DNA of 64,000 bases from Octopus sinensis (Eukaryota): positions 29,698,001-29,762,000 of the forward strand of contig NC_042998.1 in NCBI RefSeq assembly GCF_006345805.1, given 5' to 3'. The notes under the pieces are model-generated. The model saw only the letters and a program-made list of their open reading frames with translations. It was not told the origin of the DNA and made no database searches. The translations under genes were made by a program, and so were the position numbers. This document shows, piece by piece, positions 1-12,844 of the stretch. Every line of letters begins with the position of its first letter. The stretch's first letter is position 1.

Positions 1-238
1 ATATGTATGTAGTATGTATGTATGTATGTAGTATGTATGTATGTATGTATGTATGTATGTATGTATGTATGTATGTATGTATGTATGTAGGTGTGTATTT
101 ATGTATGTATGTATGTATGTATGCATGTATGTATGCAAACACACACACGCCCAAACAATCTCTCAAACAGACAAATATATATATATATATATATATATAC
201 ATACATATACACACACACATATATATATATATATATAC

Positions 239-273
<35 letters not shown>

Positions 274-281
274 TATATATG

Positions 282-313
<32 letters not shown>

Positions 314-357
314 TATATGTATGTGTATTTATATATGTATGTATGTATGTATGTGTG

Positions 358-388
<31 letters not shown>

Positions 389-447
389 GTGTATATATAT
401 ATATATGTATGTATGTGTATATATATATATATGTATGTATGTATGTG

Positions 448-482
<35 letters not shown>

Positions 483-489
483 GTGTATA

Positions 490-525
<36 letters not shown>

Positions 526-560
526 TGTATATGTGTGTGTGTGTGTGTTTGTGTACATGT
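1..560. repeat. (TATG)n/(TA)n/(TG)n compound microsatellite
   Basis: Pure simple repeats; the overlapping MYVC/YI ORFs in the track are artefacts of it. Confidence 0.98.
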
Positions 561-769
561 GTATGCCTGAATTTGTTTGTGAAAGCTTATGTTTTTCTTA
601 TTTGCATATGATCACGTGTTTATTACCATAGATCTAGTCAAAAGAACAATACAACTAGAAATCTATAAATTAGATTTTATCTTTAGAGTTAAACAATTAA
701 CATTTTCTCAGTTGGATGTATCATGAAATCACAGAGAGTAAGTAATGCGTAATATACAAGGTTACTAAC

Positions 770-1607
770 CTGTATGGATACGTAAGTGAATCTTAAGTTG
801 TGCCGGACTTGATTTGAATTTATTACAGTACGGACATTTATTTATCCTTCTCTGATACTGTCTGCCATTTTCCTGCAGATCTGTTTTCATTTCGTGTGTA
901 GATCCGCCCATTTGTTTTACATACAAATTCATCATTTGAAGGAAGCCTCCTGAGCATTTCAGCATATCAATGGGAAAATTAAGGTTCGATACTGATTTTA
1001 TTTGAGATTGACCGTCTACAGATTGCTTTGAAAGAATATTGATTTGTCGAGGTTCGCTCGTTTCCCTTTTATCACGTGGATTGCAAGAATAAGCATTTTG
1101 AGAGACATCCACGCATTTTGACAATGCATCTATTTCTGAAAAGGGTTTTGTAAATGTTGGAATTGGATATTTTATATGGGGCAATGGCGAAAAACATTTT
1201 AAAGCCTCGTTGTTTGTGATGTAATTATTGAAATCTGTGTGGCGCGATGATATATCATAAAAGTTATTACTTCTGTCTAGTGGTAATTCATTGTGTAGTA
1301 TTTGGTCAGTGCCTTCTTGAAACTTATGTATGTTTGTTCTGTAAAAGGGTACATCCTCTTGGCCATATCTCTTGTATTCATATCGTTTAGGTGTTGTGTA
1401 AGAAACATCAGATATATCACTCGGTAACTGAACATGACATATAGTTTGTCCATTGAAAAAATTTCCATCTCGTGAAGTATCGCCATACTGGTGAATTTGT
1501 GGGGGTGAAGGAATTCCTGAACTGGTAGAGGAAAGATCTTGTTCTGAGTTATGTTGAAGAATAACAGGGCAAAACCTCCGTGGAAGAATGGTAGCATGTT
1601 CCATCAT
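770..1607 (-). CDS. Coding part of an exon of a C2H2 zinc-finger transcription factor; gene continues beyond window start
   Basis: 280-aa ORF of normal complexity ending in C-P-Y-C-x12-H-x3-H-T-G (KCPYCNKFKSSPAQLKIHLRIHTG). The apparent stop lies inside a canonical donor ACAG|GTTAGT (exon ends at 770, phase 1, within the TGEKP linker). A plausible acceptor TTTCATTTCAG| at 1787 implies a 5'UTR part 1786..1608. The ATG at 1607 is inferred. Confidence 0.88.
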
Positions 1608-2687
1608 AGTTATAATATCCGGATTATTTTTGTAACATATAGTAGTTTATTTTTACGTGGAATTTAGAAACAGTTATTTAAAAATCACTTGAGCAATAAA
1701 GTTTTTTTTTGTTAAATGACTCTAGCTGTATATTCACCAAATCTATTTTCCAAGTGTTTATTAAACACTAGATGTGAAATTTGATCCTGAAATGAAACAC
1801 GATTGCTTTTTTTTATTTATAGCGTGCACTTTGTAATATTGATATGAAATCATCGAGCATTTTATCTCGGGTCATAAATCATTTAAAAACAAATTAATGG
1901 CTATATTTCTTATCTCATAATTCAGGACTTTTCGAGATATACATGTTTTTGTCGACTATTTAAACAATCATTTAAACGTTGGTTCCTCTTTCAATAGTAA
2001 TCACCCACCATTTCATTATTTCTTCTTGTTTTCTTTCTCTTTTTTTTGTTAATTGCTTTCATGTATTCAGATATTTTAGGCTCATGTTGTTACAATATTA
2101 TTTATCGCACTTACTGGCCAGATATCTGTGTTTTTTATCGTTTAGCAATTTCATGACGAATTCTGTTTCTGATATCTTCGACTGTAATCTTTCTGTTGCA
2201 TTTCTTAATTTGACTCATTGACTATGGAATATTTAAAAAATTTGTTACATATTCCAGAATAACACCCGCATAAAATTCTTGTTAAAAAACAATCAAAGAA
2301 ACATGTTCAGTCTATGAAAACGGTTAAGTATAGCTGGACAGGTCAATAATAACTCATAAATATATAATTATCCAATACTTTGTGTGTAGAATTTGGCAGA
2401 TGGTAACAAGCCGAAATCCCTTTGTCAGTGTATGCGTAAACATACGTATACATATGTGTGTGTGTGTGTGTCTGTAATAGAATATAAGGATAAAATCACA
2501 TAATGATTTTTATCAGGCAGTCAGCATACAATAAAAATTTATAGGTAATGTATACAATTTTTTCGGTAGTATTTGAGTGCCTCTGCACTTTTAACCATGT
2601 TGGTGATAGGTCGTTTCCCCCCTGCTCCTTTAATATAAATATATATAGATATATATAATTATTAATTTAATATATATGTGTGTTCAA

Positions 2688-3277
2688 GGCGGCGAGCTGG
2701 CAGAAACGTTAGCACGCGGGGCGAAATGCTTAGTGGTATTTCGTCTGCCGTTACGTCCTGAGTTCAAATTCCGCCGAGCTCGACTTTCGAGATTGACTAA
2801 ATAACTACCAATCACGCACTGGGTTCGATATAATCGACTCAATCTGTTTGTTTGTCTCTTCTGTGTTTAGCCCCTTGTGGGTAGTAAAGAAATAGGTATT
2901 TCGTCTGTCTTTGTGTTCTGAGTTTATTCCGCCGAGGTCGACTTTGCCTTTCATCCTTTCGGGGCCGATAAATGAAGTACCATTTACGCACTGGGGTCGA
3001 TGTAATCGACTTAATCCCATTGTCTGTTTTTGTTTGTACCCTCTATGTTTAGCCCCTTGTGGGCAATAAAGAAATAAGAAACGTTAGCACGCGGGGCGAA
3101 ATACTTAGCGATATTTCGTCTGTCTCTACGTTCTGGGGTCAAATTCCGCCGAGGTCGACTTTGCATGTCATCCTTTCGGAGTCGATAAATTAAGTACCAG
3201 TTGCGTACTGGGATCGATCAAATCGACTGGCCCCCTCCCCAATACTTTCGGGCCTTGTGCCTAGAGTAGAAAAGAAT
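2688..3277 (+). mobile_element. tRNA-derived SINE family A, tandem trimer
   Basis: GGCGGCGAGCTGGCAGAA head, GAGTTCAAAT B-box, central GCCTTTCATCCTTTCGGGGTCGATAAATTAAGTACCAG (MetaSINE-like domain, from memory). Two units have tail-1 (TTTAGCCCCTTGTGGG..TAAAGAAATA) and the last has tail-2 (GGGCCTTGTGCCTAGAGTAGAAAAGA). Confidence 0.92.
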
Positions 3278-3850
3278 ATATATATGTGTGTGTGAGCGTG
3301 TGTAGGTATAGATTTACGTGTATTTGTATGTATGTCTGTGTGTATTTGCACCAAATACTAAATGTTACGTTCACCGGCATGTCTACAAAAGTGAAAAAAA
3401 CAAAAACGTTTCCGCCTCTAATGAACAATGAAATAAGTAGCAAACAGAAATAATTAGTAGGGGTCGATATGATGAACTAAAACCGTACCCCTATGTGACT
3501 TTGAAACCTGTAAAAAATTCTAAAATTAGGAGAATGTATAAAACATCGAACAAAAATCTATTAATATCTGCATTTTACAAAATTCATGGGAGAAATTATG
3601 CAAAATTTTTATCTATAATGTCAATAAAAACTTCAATGAGGAATTAGAAAACTAGCAAAAATTTTTCAAAACTAAATTATTTTTACATTGGAAAAAATTT
3701 TAATTTTTTTATGGGCCGAAAGACTTATATGATGTCAAATAATAAAATATTAATAATCAATAAGAAATACAACAATGATCTGTTATCTGTGTCGTAATAA
3801 ATGCGATACATAACTGGCAGACATAACAATAGAGAGAGAGAGGGACAGAG

Positions 3851-3890
<40 letters not shown>

Positions 3891-4368
3891 TTTTGTTTTG
3901 TTTCTTCTGTCTCTTTTTTTATTTCTTGGTTTTAGTATATCAAGCAACAGTTAAGATATCGATATTATAGAACGCGATTATTTATAACATTGAATATATA
4001 TCAAGACGTTTTTCTGAAACTTTTTCGTCTAATCAGCTTAGAAATGATGCTCCGTGATATACGGAAAAATGTTTTTTTTTCTGCTACCACGCAAAAAAAA
4101 CAAAACAACAACAAACAAGCAAAAAATAAATATATTAAAAACTACATAATATTTAATTGATAGAGTGGACAGAATGAGAAGCATTGATGGTAGACATCAA
4201 TCCCATTGAAAGTTGTATCTGATATTCTTGAATGTATACGATCAAAGAAATATCGTACCGTATTGATTACTTAAAAACAACAACAACAACAAAAAAGACA
4301 TTAATAAAAAGTGTATTATTAAAATCCCGACACACACAAAAAAAAAACAATATATGTAAAGAGAGGTA

Positions 4369-4888
<520 letters not shown>

Positions 4889-5160
4889 ACTTACTGTTAA
4901 CAAAAGCCGGGATACCTGGTGTTCAGTTACTCAATAAATAAAAAATGCATTAAATATGACAAAACGTACACATAGGACAGTCAGAGAAGGACCCTAATTC
5001 TTCATCAGTTATCGACCCAAAATACTAATACCCAGTTTCGTGCCTTTAACGATAATAGAACTTCGTATATCGGCGAAACCCGCAAAATTTTCTGACGGAG
5101 TTCTCGGTTTTACCGTTAAAGGTATGAAACAATTTTCGTGCCTCTTAAAACATGTATATA

Positions 5161-5190
<30 letters not shown>

Positions 5191-5193
<3 letters not shown>

Positions 5194-5975
5194 ATAGAAA
5201 TATTAAAATAACTAAGTCTCTCTAAAAGAGATTACGACAGCGTTACTGGAAATTAATTGTTATCGCCATATTAATATGGCAATCTTATAGATATAAGACT
5301 AAAAGCTGTCGCTGATTAGCTCCATGAGGCCATCGCCTTAAGATAGCTATATGACACACAAACTGTGTCCATTAGAACCTCGAACAAGGGAGGTCAGCCG
5401 CTTCACACTGCTAGTCAGACAGCTACAGACGCGTTTCAGGGTATTTGACTAGCAGTGTGAAGCAGCTGACCTCCCTTGTTCGAAGGTTCTAATGGGCACA
5501 GTTTGTGTGTCATATAGCTATCTTAAGGCGATGGCCTCATGGAGCTAATCAGCGACAGCTTTTAGTCTTATATCTATAAGATTGCGATATTAATATGGCG
5601 ATAACAATTAATTTCCAGTAACGCTGTCGTAATCTCTTTTAGAGAGACATAGTAATTTTAATATTTCTATTATTGAAAACAAGTGGATGTATTCCACCGA
5701 AAATAGGTAAATAGAACCTTCGAACAGAGACGATCAGTGGCGACACCTGCTGAGTCGACTACGCTACATTGACAAGGGGCAAATACCCTGAAACGCGTCT
5801 GTAGCTGTCTGACTAGCAGTGTGAAGTGGCTGACCTCCCTTGTTCGAAGGTTCTAATGGACACAGTTTGTGTGTCATATAGCTATCTTAAGGCGATGGCC
5901 TCATGGAGCTAATCAGCGACAGCTTTTAGTCTTATATCTATAAGATTGCCATATTAATATGGCGATAACAATTAA
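5191..5975. mobile_element. Non-autonomous Penelope-like/retrozyme-like element: inverted copy plus two tandem copies of a 364-nt unit
   Basis: 5191-5417 is the reverse complement of 5446-5673. The same sequence recurs 364 nt downstream (TGACTAGCAG at 5446 and 5810). It contains a hammerhead motif and is flanked by (TA)n on both sides. Confidence 0.85.
5764..5804 (+). ncRNA. Minimal type I hammerhead ribozyme (U3-A8 variant)
   Basis: CUACA-UUGACAA-GGGG caaaua CCCU-GAAA-CGCG-UC-UGUAG: 5-bp stem I, core with U3/A8, 4-bp stem II, palindromic stem III ACGCGU, predicted cleavage after C5799. Confidence 0.8.
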
Positions 5976-6038
5976 TATATATATATATATATATATAATA
6001 TATATATATATATATCTATATATATATATATATATATA

Positions 6039-7030
6039 TAGTGTAATAAATAAAATATATGCATACATACAAACATATATGTACGTACCGACATCTACAT
6101 GTATATATACATGCATATATAAATATATATATACGTACAGGACATCACAAGAAGACGTAAAAATCAACAGAACGAAAACGGAAAAGCCATTTTTTTACAA
6201 CAGAAGGACAGAGACGTGGAACAAGACGAAACGAAAACGAAAACGGGAAAAACAATTATGTGCAGCAGAAAAACGAAGTACAGGACATGCTGCACAAGGA
6301 AAAATCTCCTTCAACTGTCGCTAGCAGACACGTTATTCGAAGGCAGAGACAGAACACGTATGGTCATGCTAGGCCTTCCTACGAGAGAATTAAAATAAAA
6401 TAACCTCGTAGAGGGGTGAAAACGAGCAAGAAAAATTGTAACACAAAAAGGGACGTAACAAAGAACTGCACAAAAAAATACATACAAGCAAAAAATAATA
6501 CTAAATTAAAGATACATGTACAAGAAAATACATAACGAGAATTAAATTACAATATGAGAAATCAAAAATAAACAAGAGAACAAACGAAAAAGACGAACGA
6601 AGGCCTTTGTTCTGGCGGGGACGAGAAGGTAACTGGCGAGCGCTGGGAAACATGAGCTTAGGGCCTGAATGCAACAGGCGAAAAGGTTTAGCAGTGACGA
6701 AAGTGAGGAGGAGTGGGAGAGAGAGAGAAACAGATAGAGGAAGACACAGGCTAGAGAGAAGGGTGAGACAGAGAGAGCAAGAGAGAGGGGAAGGTAAAGC
6801 AAAGGGAGAGAATTTCGCATCATTGTAGTAAACTGTAAAAACGACCTAGGAGGAAAGAGACGGAACGAAGTGAGCATTCGAAAAATCGAAAATTCAAACG
6901 AACCCGACGCGAAGCGCTGTCAAACAATAGTGTAATAAATAAAATATATGCATACATACAAACATATATGTACGTACCGACATCTACATGTATACATACA
7001 TGCATATATAAATATATATATACGTACAGA
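6039..7030. repeat. ~100-bp direct repeat (6039-6140, 6928-7030) flanking a purine-rich Penelope-terminus-like segment
   Basis: TAGTGTAATAAATAAAATATATGCATACATAC...TACGTACAG occurs twice, ~890 bp apart. Confidence 0.75.
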
Positions 7031-7290
7031 ACGTATATATATACGTACAGGACGTATATACGTATATATATATATATATACACATATATATATATATACG
7101 TATATATATACGTATATATATATATACATATATATACGTATATATATACGTATATATATATATACATATAGATGTAGGTATGTGCATATATGTATGTATA
7201 TATGCATATATTTATATATTTTTTATATTATTATATGATCGAAAGCCACGCATCCTTTTCCAAAAGTATATATATATATATATATATATG

Positions 7291-7344
7291 TAAGCGGAAT
7301 AGCCACCAAGGTGGATTCCTTCTCCTTGGTGGCTATTCCGCTTA
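7291..7344. other. Perfect 21-bp-stem hairpin
   Basis: TAAGCGGAATAGCCACCAAGG-12 nt loop-CCTTGGTGGCTATTCCGCTTA. Confidence 0.95.
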
Positions 7345-7500
7345 TTTATTTATGTAATATAATTCATAGTCCTCGAGCATTTTTAAGTACGTTAGCCACT
7401 TGCTTAAATTAATATTAATTAATAATATTAATTTTTTCCCTCATTATGTAATCTTATATATATATTAGATCGTTAGATCTCTCTCCTTATTTTTTTCTGT

Positions 7501-7542
7501 GTATCTTTCTGTCGAAGAGCGTAGGCTCGAAACGTAAAATAC
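7501..7542 (+). ncRNA. Degenerate minimal hammerhead-like motif in a Penelope-like terminal repeat (A6U variant)
   Basis: UUU-CUGUCGA-A-GAGC guag GCUC-GAAA-CG-UA-AAA. The core deviates at position 6 and stem I is weak. Confidence 0.5.
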
Positions 7543-7643
7543 TTTTTCTATTTCTATTCCTGAGCGCTATACTAATACATTCGTTTGTTTGTACCCCACC
7601 TGCCTTCGTCTTTTATTTATTTTCGTAAACTTTCCCGTTATAC

Positions 7644-7713
<70 letters not shown>

Positions 7714-7714
<1 letters not shown>

Positions 7715-9296
7715 AGTGGGCTTCCAGCTCGGCACCTGGAGAAGCAAGCCCATACCGTCCACCAGCGCCTCCGTGGTGGGACACTGGACAGACTGTCCGG
7801 TCAAGTTGCTCGGGGTTTGGTTTGCTCCGGACCTCCAAACGGAGAACTGAAACGAGATAACGAGTAGGGTGGTCACTCTTGCCCGGCAATGGGCCGAGAG
7901 GAAGCTGTCCCTAAAAGGTCGGGTGGAGGTGGCGAATACGTACAACACTTCCGTCATCTACTACCGCCTGACTGTTGTGCCTTGTCCTGACCCTACCATC
8001 ACCAAACTAGAACGCATCCTCTTCCGCCTCTTGTAGAAAGGATGCGTTCCGATGTTCAGGAGATCCGTTTGCTGCCATCACCCGTTAAAAGGAGGGCTGA
8101 TCATGCCGTGGTTGATTATGTGGAGACACGCGCTGTGACTGCGACATATCCGGCTCTACGTAGACGACGGTGAACAGGTGTGGTCACCGTTTGTGAGGCG
8201 CACTTTCCCGCAGGTCGTCTCCATGACCGAACTGCAGTCGTGGATCAAAAAGAGGCCGAGGAAGGGAGAATGGCACCGCGAGTGTCACGTTACTCGCAAG
8301 CAACTATGCAATGCCGGGTCGACCATGAGCGACTTCAACACAACCAAAGCATTCTATAGGGGATTAGTGGAGGAGAAGTACGACGATGATCTCGGGGCGA
8401 ACGTGGGCATCAACGAAGAATACCTGACCCACCTGTTCAAGACGACTTTCGGGCCGGGACCTAAGGACAACTCCCAGAGATCCCTGGCCTGGCAGTGCTA
8501 TCGATAAGCGCTACCCGTTCGGGATAAGCTCTGCAGGCATGGCACGAGAAACACGGGGCCGACCTGTCCGAGATGCAGTCAGGGCGAGGAAACCGTCCTG
8601 CACACATTCGTACAGTGTCCAACAATTTCCGACCTGTGGGCCTATGTCGAACGACTGCTATCGCGTGTGGGATGAGTCGATTTATCAACCGAGTCTATCG
8701 TTAATATTGTCGCGAGTCCTTCCTTGAAACGGGAAAGAAGAGCCATTTTCATCGTTCTTGTGGCTATGGCGAAAGAATGTGTATGGTGGACGCGTCTGAA
8801 AGATCTAGAGACAAACACTTTCCTCTCTGGTGAATCTCTCATCAACTTCTCCAAGTATCACTTGAAGAGGAAGGTGGGAGTAGAGAGGGAAGTTTTGTCT
8901 ATTGAACATTAAAAAAAAAAAGATGGATGAATGTAGCAAGGATGGCACGTGTGAATGATGGAGCCACCTTGAGCATAATCCTATGACCAAAAAAAAAAGA
9001 AAAGAAAGGATAAAAGAGAGTCACTTACTGCAATGTGTTTTTAATTTTGGCATGACATTATTTCCCAAGTTTACAGTGGTCTTTTCCGTAGGCTTCTCTT
9101 TCCATGGATAAACCTAATCTGTTTTCCCTTTTTACATTGACATTTCTGTGATGCACAATACCTATTAATCGGCTTTTTTTCCACGATCCCTTTTGATCGA
9201 AATTTGACCCACTTTTTTTCTCTTCTTCCCAAAAAGAAAAGTTCTACTTTGTATTTTGTCCCCTCTGTGTTCAGCCTTGCGTGTCCAATAAAGAAA
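7714..9296 (+). mobile_element. 5'-truncated L1/Tx1-clade LINE (decayed ORF2 C-terminus plus 3'UTR)
   Basis: Reconstructed frame ...VKLLGVWF...LSLKGRVEVANTY..VIYYRL...GGL..P...RSLAWQCYR*ALPVRDKL...CPRC..GEETVLHTFVQCP (RT C-terminus and zf-RVT-like CCHC), with stops. Ends at AATAAAGAAA before (TCTA)n and begins at a (TA)n tract. Confidence 0.9.
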
Positions 9297-9300
9297 CATG

Positions 9301-9367
<67 letters not shown>

Positions 9368-9428
9368 CTCTCTCTCTCTCTCTTTACTCTATCTCTCTTT
9401 CTCTCTATCCATCAATCTCTTTACTCTC

Positions 9429-9467
<39 letters not shown>

Positions 9468-9560
9468 ATGTATATATGTATGTATGTATCTATCTATCTT
9501 TCTCTATATATGTGTGTGTGTATAGATAGATAGATAGATAGATAGATACAGACAGACAGA
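9297..9560. repeat. (TCTA)n/(CT)n/(TTTC)n/(GATA)n compound microsatellite
   Basis: Direct sequence. Confidence 0.95.
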
Positions 9561-10411
9561 CAGACATATACATACACACGCGCATAGATACATATTTGTG
9601 TGTGTATGTATACACATACATACAAACATACACATATACATGGATACACATATACAACACACAAAATATTTATTTTCATTGTCCCAACGGATGCACGAAT
9701 ATACCTGAGTATACTTGCTTGTGTTGATGCTTGCAAACAGAATTTGAGTCTGTCTGGATGTGTGTGTGTATGTGTGCGTCACTGGAACTTTAAAGAAACG
9801 TTGTTTGGAGACAGTATTATAAAATGACATTTCTTTTTACAAAAACCTAGGCAATGTACAATCTCTAAACCAGACAATTAATTACAGTAAAAGTTTACTT
9901 AGGCAAAACAAAATGCCAATATTCCGATTGTAACCGCAATATCTAAGCCGGAGGAAATGAAATCACCCGGATGTTGAAGAAAGAAGTGAAAAGAAGAATC
10001 GCGGGATAAATGATGATGATTCGTCGGAAGAATTCTTCGTAAGGAAAAGAAAACTATTTCTATAGCGACCAAAGAGTTAATCTAATCGCTGTATTGTGCT
10101 TATAACAATATATAAAGAAGTGGTTACGGATGAATAGCTACAGATGGTGGTTCTGTGTGCGTAAATATGCGTACGGATATGAACACAAAGAAAGACGCGT
10201 GGACAGGGACACACGCGCGCAAAAGCACGCATGTACTCAGATGTGTCTATGTAAGTATTCGTGTACACGAGTTCAATTCCTGTTTATATACACCTGCACA
10301 CACGGACACAGAAAACAGAAGCATAAGAGTGTCTTTTATACATACATTCACGCATACATACAGATACATACAGATATATGTGTATATACATTTTATACAC
10401 ATATATACATA

Positions 10412-10815
10412 AGCGCAGGAGTGGCTGTGTGGTAAGAAACTTGCTTAGCAACCACATGGTTCCGGGTTCAGTCCCACTGCACGGCAACTTGGGCAAGTGT
10501 CTTCTACTATAGCCTCGGGCCGACCAAATCCTTGTGAGTGGATTTGGCAGACGGAAACTGAAAGAAGCCCGTCGTGTATATATATGTGTATGTATGTATG
10601 TGTGTGTATATGTTTGTGTGTGTCTGTTTGTCCCCCCAACATCGCTTGAGAACCGATGCTGGTGTGTCCCCGTAACTTAGCGGTTCGGCAAAAAAGTTCG
10701 ATAGAATAAGTACTAGGCTTACAAAGAATAAGTTCTGGGGTCGATTCGCTCGACTAAAGGCTATGCTCCAGCATGGCCACAGTCAAATGACTGAAACAAG
10801 TAAAGGAGTAAAAGA
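10412..10815 (+). mobile_element. tRNA-derived SINE family B (CORE-like, internal microsatellite)
   Basis: GGAGTGGCTGTGTGG A-box, GGTTCAGTCCC B-box, (A)CTTGGGCAAGTGTC CORE-like stretch, internal (TA/TG)n, tail GACTGAAACAAGTAAAAGAG. Confidence 0.92.
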
Positions 10816-10835
10816 GTATACACACACACGCACAC

Positions 10836-10873
<38 letters not shown>

Positions 10874-11497
10874 TAAGACTGAGACGGAGAGAGACTGAGA
10901 GAGAGAGAGAGAGAGAGAAAGATAAAAAGAGAGCGAGAGAAAAGTGAAGGAGAGCCAGAGATTGTAATAGTGAGAAAATAACAAAAATAGACGTAAGTAC
11001 GTTTATATATAAATATGTATGGGTCTATTAATATTTCTTGCAGCGATTTGAATGACGCAATATGGAATATGTACGTAATAGAGACAAAGAAGTTTAGAGA
11101 CAATGAGTCTACAGAATTTATGAATAAACGAATCTCACAAACAGATTCAATGATTGTTACACCTACACAAACGTAGTATAGATTTACGGAAACCTAAATC
11201 TGATATTGATGCAGTATTATCGGAGAGGCTGAATAACTGCAAGGCAAATACTTGGTGGCTCTGATTTTCATGGAATAAGTTAGCCAAATGCAATTTGAAT
11301 ATAATTTTCACTACAACACATGCATACAAACAAGAATATGTTTATAAAAGAAGAGAGAAATGTGGTGCAGTAGGAAATTCATTTCAAGAAATTACGTAAT
11401 TTAGTTTTATTGATATGTTCATGGATAAGAACATAGCGAAATGATATAACTCTATTTAGAAACACCTAACAGATCACATTTTATGGATATCGAAATA

Positions 11498-11893
11498 GTC
11501 TTTTCTACTCTAGGCACAAGGCCCGGTATTTTTGGAGAGGGCGCCAGCGACTCCAGTACGGAACTGGTACATAATTTAACGACCCCGAAGGATGAAAAGC
11601 AAAATCGATCTCGACAGATGAAATAACGTTAAGTGTTTTGCCCGGCGTGCTAACGTTTCTTATTTTTTTATTGTCCACAAGGGGCTAAACATTGAGGGGA
11701 AAAACAAGGACAGACAATGGGCTTAAGTCGATTAGATCGACCCCAGTGCGTATCTGGTACTTATTTAATCGACCCCGAAATAATGAAAGGTAAAGTCGAC
11801 CTCGGCGGAATTTGAACTCAGAACGTAAAGACAGACGAAATAACCCTAAGCTTTTCGCCCGACGTGCCAACGTTTCTGCCAACTCGCCGCCTT
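11498..11893 (-). mobile_element. SINE family A dimer with ~15-bp TSD
   Basis: A tail-1 unit followed by a head-truncated tail-2 unit; flanks ATGGATATCGAAATA / ATAGATATCGAAATA. Confidence 0.9.
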
Positions 11894-12844
11894 ATAGATA
11901 TCGAAATATTACAAATGCATCGCGTATCACAATATTTCACTTCTATATAGCAGACTAGAAAATTTTTAGAGCGTATGACAAACTACCTTGTGGCATTTGT
12001 TCCACCTTTCTGCACTCTGATTTCAAATCTCGTATGACTAAATTTGTCTTTCAAACTTTCTCTTTGATAAAACGAATAACTAATCTTGGACGGTGGATAG
12101 ACCAAATTCTTGAAACCTTGAATGGCATGGCCTGCAATATTTCTTCTGTTGCTTTATATTTTTCTATACTCAAATCTCTCTGTTGTCTTGGTGTGTGAGT
12201 AGCACATCACCTATTTAACACAGCCATCCTGGTCCTTAAGTGACTTCAGCATAGGGGTCAGGGTTGCAGCTTCAGGATACATTCCTCGCTTCTGTTTAGT
12301 TCCCAGAGGGGAGATGTAATCGCAACTCCCTTAAAACGATTACACTGTAATGGGATGATACCTCTTGCAAGAATCGTATCATATCTCCGGTTAGAGGATA
12401 AAATCAATCTTGTTACGGAGGTTTAGAAGATATAACGGGATACCGCCTTCACTTCGTGTAGTAAATAGTAAAACAAAAAGTCTAATCGAATCGATCTTAC
12501 AGTGTAGAAAACTAAGTTATATACCTTATCGTATTTCAGCTTTCTGGGTTCTTATAGTGTTGACGGATTTAAGGTTTCATGCGCAAACATACAATTTTCG
12601 TGTTATGTAACTTTATGAAATCGTATATCCTAAAGCCGAATGTTATTTGGACACGTTATTTTCTAAAAGTTTTGAATGTAGTAATTTGTTGAACACTTCA
12701 CAGTATTTAGTTACATTTCTTTACGCTTCAAAATCTATTCTTTCTGAGATAAAACGTTTTCTGACATACTTTAGTGGGCAAGTTAGATCATTGCACATCA
12801 CTCGATAAGTAATGAGATTATATGTAGGTCTGACAAGTCGACTT

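Noticed and set aside
3-631. Long ORFs in several frames (MYVC/YI repeats), likewise at 4481-4903, 6820-7238, 9204-9533, 16506-16950, 21223-21691 and 43684-43960
   Set aside because: They are translations of stop-free microsatellites.
1277-1597. 106-aa minus-strand ORF overlapping the ZF exon
   Set aside because: Alternative frame with no domain; the track translation also disagrees with its stated span.
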